Assembly (NCBI GenBank): GCA_004195035.1
Contig: SGBD01000003.1
Span: 133,981-165,980 of the forward strand
Source of the DNA: Candidatus Acidulodesulfobacterium ferriphilum
Lineage (GTDB): Bacteria > SZUA-79 > Acidulodesulfobacterales > Acidulodesulfobacteraceae
Direction of reading: 5' to 3'
Length of the DNA stretch: 32,000 bases
Position 1 is the first letter of the stretch; every line of letters starts with the position of its first letter. The notes under the pieces were generated by a model, which had not been told where the DNA came from, ran no database searches, and was given only the letters and a program-made list of their open reading frames with translations. Shown in pieces: positions 27,130 to 32,000 of the stretch. Both the position numbers and the translations under genes were made by a program.

Positions 27130-28827
27130 ATGAACAATAAAACAGGAAAATGGATTCCCGTCCTGCATTTTCACTTACCGTTTGTCAGGCATCCGGAAAG
27201 TCCGAAATATTTGGAAGAGGAGTGGTATTTCGAAGCGGTTACCGAAACATATCTCCCTTTATTGGAGGTTTTTGAAAATCTTGAAAGAGACAATGTGGAT
27301 TATTGTCTCACAATGTCTTTGACGCCGACACTTTTGAGTATGATGAATGACGATTTGCTTTCCGAACGGCTGGGGGAGTATGTCAGACTTCGTTTAAAGG
27401 TTTTGGATGAAGAGGCGTTCAGAACGGAAGGCGACCCCGATTTTCACCCTGTTACCCTTTTTTACAGGCAAAGGTATAAAAATTGGTACGAAAGAATAAA
27501 AAACGGCGGCGGGAAATACCTTATAAATGGGTTTTTAAGTCACTATGCAAAAGGGCATTTAGATATTATAACCTCTGCCGCCACCCATGGATTTCTTATG
27601 TCTATGGTGGGGGAACCTGAGGCCATAACCGCCCAAATCGAGGTTGGGATAGAAACGCATAAAAATATTTTAGGAATAACCCCGACGGGCATATGGCTTC
27701 CGGAGTGCGGCTATACCGGCGGGTTCGATGCGATTCTTGAGCGGCATGGTTTAAAATACACATTTCTTGACCAGCACGGAATCGAATTAGCCGAGCCTGA
27801 ACCGCCTAACGGCTGTTTTTCTCCTATTATCTCTCCGTTTAATGTCGTAATGTTCGGCAGGGATCCTGAAAGCTCAAGGCAAGTGTGGTCTTCAAAAGAG
27901 GGGTACCCGGGTACTCCCGTTTATCGCGAGTTTTATAGGGATGTCGGATTTGATTTAGACCTGCCGCATCTGACCCCTTTAAGGCATGGCGGCATTAAGA
28001 CTTTTACGGGGCTTAAATATTATGCCATTACCGGAAGCGGAACATATAAAGAGGCTTATAGGCCTTCAGCCGCAAAAAGAAAGGCTTATGAACACGGCGC
28101 TCAGTTTGTCTATCACAGGGAACTTCAATCAAATTATCTTAAGGAGTTTATCGATGAACCGCTTATCGTTTCTATGTATGACGCCGAACTCTTTGGGCAC
28201 TGGTGGTTTGAAGGACCGTGGTGGTTTGAATCCGTGTTTAGAAGAATGCATGAAAATAATTTTATAAAAGGGGTTACGGCAAAGGAGGTCGCGGAAACTT
28301 CATTACGCAGATACAATGAGACGGTAAAATATATCCGCAAAAGTGAAAAGGACGGAGACAATGAAAATGAAAGTTTTTCGGAGTTTGCCGCCAATGTTTA
28401 TGATAGGAATAATATTTGGGTCGCGGAGCCTGCGACATCCTCATGGGGCGGCGGCGGGTATGCAGAAGTGTGGCTTAATGGAAAAAACGACATCATACAG
28501 CCTTTTTTGACGGATTTAGTTATGGAATTAATCGATATTTGCGCAAACAGATATGATGATGTAAAATATCAGGAGGTAATTAATCAGGCGGCAAGAGAAC
28601 TTCTTTTAGCCCAGTCCAGCGATTGGCCGTTTTTGCTTACGACCGGGCAGGCGGTAAGTTATGCGGAAAGGCGGGTTAAGGCGCACCTGGCAAGAGCCAG
28701 AAGGTGTATTTTAATGTCCGTCGGCAAAGAACCGTATGATGAAAAATGGTTTAAGGATATAGCGGGTAAAGACAATATATTTCCATGGATAAATGCTAAG
28801 GCTCTATACGGCAAAAGTATTTGTTAA
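27130..28827 (+). CDS. Glycoside hydrolase family 57 protein (DUF1957 type, probable 1,4-alpha-glucan branching enzyme)
   Basis: 565 aa; HFHLPFVRHPE, MVGEPEAITAQIEVGIETHKNILGITPTGIWLPECGYTGGFD, MYDAELFGHWWFEGPWW. Confidence 0.88.
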   Translation: MNNKTGKWIPVLHFHLPFVRHPESPKYLEEEWYFEAVTETYLPLLEVFENLERDNVDYCLTMSLTPTLLSMMNDDLLSERLGEYVRLRLKVLDEEAFRTEGDPDFHPVTLFYRQRYKNWYERIKNGGGKYLINGFLSHYAKGHLDIITSAATHGFLMSMVGEPEAITAQIEVGIETHKNILGITPTGIWLPECGYTGGFDAILERHGLKYTFLDQHGIELAEPEPPNGCFSPIISPFNVVMFGRDPESSRQVWSSKEGYPGTPVYREFYRDVGFDLDLPHLTPLRHGGIKTFTGLKYYAITGSGTYKEAYRPSAAKRKAYEHGAQFVYHRELQSNYLKEFIDEPLIVSMYDAELFGHWWFEGPWWFESVFRRMHENNFIKGVTAKEVAETSLRRYNETVKYIRKSEKDGDNENESFSEFAANVYDRNNIWVAEPATSSWGGGGYAEVWLNGKNDIIQPFLTDLVMELIDICANRYDDVKYQEVINQAARELLLAQSSDWPFLLTTGQAVSYAERRVKAHLARARRCILMSVGKEPYDEKWFKDIAGKDNIFPWINAKALYGKSIC

Positions 28828-28856
28828 CGCATTTTTACGGGGAGAATATAAATTAA

Positions 28857-30671
28857 ATGGATTTAGTTCTGTGGTGGCATATGCATCAGCCTGATTACAG
28901 GGACTTAAACGGCGAATTTATGCTTCCATGGGTTTACCTCCATGCCATAAAAGATTATATCGATATGCCTTTAAATATAATGGCAAACCCGGGCATGAAG
29001 GCTAATATAAATATTACCCCGGTTTTAATAGACGAATGGCAGGATTATAATTATTTATTAAAAAAGGCCTTGAACGAGATAGATGCGGTTAAAGCCGTTC
29101 AAATAATACCCGACCCTTTTTTAAGACCGCTTCTTCTTCAAAAATTGGATGATAAAACAAAATCATGGATGATAGTGCATTATAAATGGGCAAATTATGA
29201 AAGAATGGTGAAGCGGTTTGAACATTATAAAACGCTTTTTGATATAACATCGTCAGCTTTCAATGTTTTTTATCTCAACGATTCTTACTATTTCGATTTG
29301 TGCGTCTGGTTTCATCTTGCCTGGTGCGGGGAATGGATGAAAAGATATGACCCCGTGATCAATTATTTTTTTAAGAAAGGGCATAATTTTACTATCGACG
29401 ACAGGCGTTTACTTCTTAAAAGACTGGCAGAATGGATGAATTACGGCGTATCTTTATATGGATTTCCGGCGGTTAAAGGTGGAAAAAATCCAACCCTGCC
29501 CCCCAAATATCCAAATTTTATCGAAAAAGATAAACTGAACGAATTAAATAAAAAAAGGGCGGGCGAGTATTTCGTGACGCTTTCCCCAAATTATCATCCG
29601 ATTATTCCCCTCCTTATCGATATTCATGGAGGAGCCATTTCCGCTCAAATGACCGATATAAACTATGAACCCGTCAACATTCCTGAATATCCCGAAGGCC
29701 TTGACAGCGCCAAAAAACACCTCGATATACTAAATGATTACTGGGCCGAGTCTGGCAAGGATATCAAGGCGTTATGGCCGTCCGAAGGGGCGCTGTCTTC
29801 GCAATCGCTTGACCTTTTTAATGAGTACGGCATAGATATTTGCGCAAGCGGAGAAGAACTTCTTTCCATGTCCATGGGAATAGATGTACGCAAGCCGGCT
29901 TCAACCCACGGCAGAAATGTTATACCCCTCTATAAGGTTTACAAATGGAAAAATACGAATCTTAAAATAATTTTTAGAGACTCCGGACTTTCCGATTTAA
30001 TAGGATTTACTTATGCTAACTGGAGGGGGGACGATGCGGCAAACAATCTTGTGGGTAAACTGAATTCTATAGATGATTTTGATAAAGAGGCTGTTGTCGC
30101 TATTATATTAGACGGCGAAAACGCTTGGGAATATTATCACGAAAACGGGTTTTATTTCTTAAATGATTTATATTCGTTAATTTCCTCGTCAATTAAAATA
30201 AATCCGTTATTTATAGACGATATTTATAAAAATTACGATGCGGATAACTGCATTAGACTTGACTATATATATCCAGGCTCATGGGTAAATGGCAATCTGG
30301 GTATGTGGGTCGGGGAAGAGCAGAAAAATAAGGCATGGGTTTTGCTCTGCAATGCAAAGGAAGAATTCTTAAACTGGGTTAATGGCTTAATGGATAACGA
30401 GGAAAATAGCAACAACAAAATAATCAAAAAAAGGATTAATTCGGCATTAAGACTGCTTATGGCGGCAGAAGGGTCGGATTGGTTTTGGTGGCTTGGGAAG
30501 GATAGCCCTCTTTTTTCTCAATACTCTATGGAGAAAATTTTCAGGAATTTTTTAAAAAATCTTTATATAACAATGGACAAGCCCGTGCCAAACAACCTTT
30601 TCCGTTCTTTAGCTTCCACAGAAAAAACTATTGCGGAAATGGGCGGAGCAATGCAAAGGGGGCATAAGTGA
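28857..30671 (+). CDS. Glycoside hydrolase family 57 protein (alpha-amylase/glucanotransferase-like)
   Basis: 604 aa; MDLVLWWHMHQPDYRDLNGEFMLPWVYLHAIKDYIDMP, LWPSEGALS, ILDGENAWEYY, SDWFWWLG. Confidence 0.88.
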   Translation: MDLVLWWHMHQPDYRDLNGEFMLPWVYLHAIKDYIDMPLNIMANPGMKANINITPVLIDEWQDYNYLLKKALNEIDAVKAVQIIPDPFLRPLLLQKLDDKTKSWMIVHYKWANYERMVKRFEHYKTLFDITSSAFNVFYLNDSYYFDLCVWFHLAWCGEWMKRYDPVINYFFKKGHNFTIDDRRLLLKRLAEWMNYGVSLYGFPAVKGGKNPTLPPKYPNFIEKDKLNELNKKRAGEYFVTLSPNYHPIIPLLIDIHGGAISAQMTDINYEPVNIPEYPEGLDSAKKHLDILNDYWAESGKDIKALWPSEGALSSQSLDLFNEYGIDICASGEELLSMSMGIDVRKPASTHGRNVIPLYKVYKWKNTNLKIIFRDSGLSDLIGFTYANWRGDDAANNLVGKLNSIDDFDKEAVVAIILDGENAWEYYHENGFYFLNDLYSLISSSIKINPLFIDDIYKNYDADNCIRLDYIYPGSWVNGNLGMWVGEEQKNKAWVLLCNAKEEFLNWVNGLMDNEENSNNKIIKKRINSALRLLMAAEGSDWFWWLGKDSPLFSQYSMEKIFRNFLKNLYITMDKPVPNNLFRSLASTEKTIAEMGGAMQRGHK

Positions 30672-30680
30672 AAATTCGCC

Positions 30681-32000
30681 ATGGTTAATTTTATTTTAGG
30701 TTTTCACTGCCATCAACCCGAAGGAAATTTTGATTTCGTTTTTCAAGAGATTCACAAAAAATCGTACAGTCCGCTTATCAGAACCCTTTTAAAATATAAT
30801 GTAAAGTTTTGTTTTCATGCCTCGGGGGTATTACTTGAGTGGTTGGGGGAAAATGACCCTGAATTATTAAGCCTAATTGCAAAAGCGGTCAAATCCGATC
30901 AAATCGAATTAATGGGCGGCGGCTATTATGAACCGATACTTGCAATGGTGCCGCAAAAGGACAGGATAGCCCAGCTTGAAATGTTGAGCGAAAGCCTATT
31001 CAGGCTTTTCGGGAAATATCCGCAAGGGGCGTGGATTACGGAAAGAATATGGCAGCCTGACATAATTAAGGATTTAAAAGAAGTTGGTTTAAGTTATGCC
31101 TTTTTGGATGATTTTCAATTTTTTCAGGCAGGTATATCTCCTAACGATATAGATAGTATTTTCAGGACGGAATATGACGGGGCATATCTGGATATATTTC
31201 CTATACATGAAAGACTGAGATACAAACTCCCCTTCGCAAACCCGGACGAGTCATTAAACGAGGTTTTATATTTAAACGGCAGGATTTCAAACCTTTCCGT
31301 GATGTTTGACGACGGCGAAAAAATGGGGGGATGGCCCGATACTCATGAATGGGTTTACGGCAAAGACGGCAAAGAGGGATGGCTCGATAATTTTATAAAA
31401 CTGGCAAATAATAGTCATTTGCCGCTAAAATTTGAGCTTCCTTCAAGTATTTTAAATAATACATCCAAAAGGGTCCCTGTATATTTGCCTATTTCGAGTT
31501 ACAGGGAAATGGGGGAGTGGACACTGCCCGTAGAAAAGAGGCATAATTATGAAATTATAAAGTCGGAAAATCCTTTGGCGCCGTTAGGCGGAGGTATATG
31601 GCATAATTTTTTAACAAGGTATCCCGAAGCAAATTTACTTCACAAAAGAATGCTGAATTTAAGCTATAAAATCAATTATGCAATTAAAACATACCGTAAA
31701 AACCTTAAAGAGGCTTTAAACGAGCTTCTAAAGTCTCAGGCTAACGATGCGTACTGGCACGGCGTTTTTGGCGGGATTTATCTTCCCCACCTTAGAAGGG
31801 CTGTTCATAAAGCCCTTATCACATCTTATTTGCTGTATAAGGAGAAGGTTAAAGAAGGTATGGAAATAGAAATGTATGATTTTGATATGGACGGGGAAAA
31901 AGAAATCCAGCTTTCCAATAATTGCTGGCTTATCATATATAAGCCGTCTGCAGGCTCTTTTTTGGCGTTAGATTATTTAGGTAAGGGCTTAATTCATTCT
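30681..32000 (+). CDS. Third GH57 protein, 4-alpha-glucanotransferase/alpha-amylase-like, truncated at window end
   Basis: Own translation of the frame from ATG 30681: MVNFILGFHCHQPEGNFDFVFQEIHKKSYSPLI…GGGYYEPILAMVPQKDRIAQL…GAWITERIWQPDIIKDLKEVGLSYAFLDDFQFF…MFDDGEKMGGWPDTHEWVYGKDGKEGWL. Absent from the ORF track because no stop lies inside the window. Confidence 0.88.
   Translation, partial: MVNFILGFHCHQPEGNFDFVFQEIHKKSYSPLIRTLLKYNVKFCFHASGVLLEWLGENDPELLSLIAKAVKSDQIELMGGGYYEPILAMVPQKDRIAQLEMLSESLFRLFGKYPQGAWITERIWQPDIIKDLKEVGLSYAFLDDFQFFQAGISPNDIDSIFRTEYDGAYLDIFPIHERLRYKLPFANPDESLNEVLYLNGRISNLSVMFDDGEKMGGWPDTHEWVYGKDGKEGWLDNFIKLANNSHLPLKFELPSSILNNTSKRVPVYLPISSYREMGEWTLPVEKRHNYEIIKSENPLAPLGGGIWHNFLTRYPEANLLHKRMLNLSYKINYAIKTYRKNLKEALNELLKSQANDAYWHGVFGGIYLPHLRRAVHKALITSYLLYKEKVKEGMEIEMYDFDMDGEKEIQLSNNCWLIIYKPSAGSFLALDYLGKGLIHS

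Overview
AT-rich bacterial chromosomal window, apparently from a Gram-negative with deltaproteobacterium-like gene content (lineage is inference). The left edge (1-~2540) is the integrase end of an integrative element sitting at the 3' end of an intact tRNA-Lys(CTT). It carries a replication-relaxation-like protein, an excisionase-like HTH and a tyrosine integrase, with a very long (22+18 bp) imperfect hairpin between them. To the right is mostly core genome: a phosphoribosyltransferase; a putative NO/O2-response module (DUF59, heme-copper-oxidase-I-like membrane protein, double DUF2249, hemerythrin); a GcvH-like lipoyl protein with a thioredoxin-like neighbour; an exported DUF302-like protein; nrdJ; tolQRAB-cpoB without pal; tsaD-rsmA-glpK; an RlaP-like nucleotidyltransferase; fxsA; panD; an amidohydrolase; panC; a tandem pair of heme-binding (CxxCH) Tll0287-like/HAMP proteins with no output domain; and a glucan locus of one DUF4912 protein and three GH57 enzymes, the last truncated by the window edge. 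The observations most worth following up are the long hairpin, the matching Fnr/HcpR-like sites (GTGAT-N4-ATCAM with GATAAA 29-30 nt downstream) on both halves of the NO/O2 module, and the tandem heme-HAMP pair. I found no CRISPR array, rRNA, or convincing wholly new defence system.
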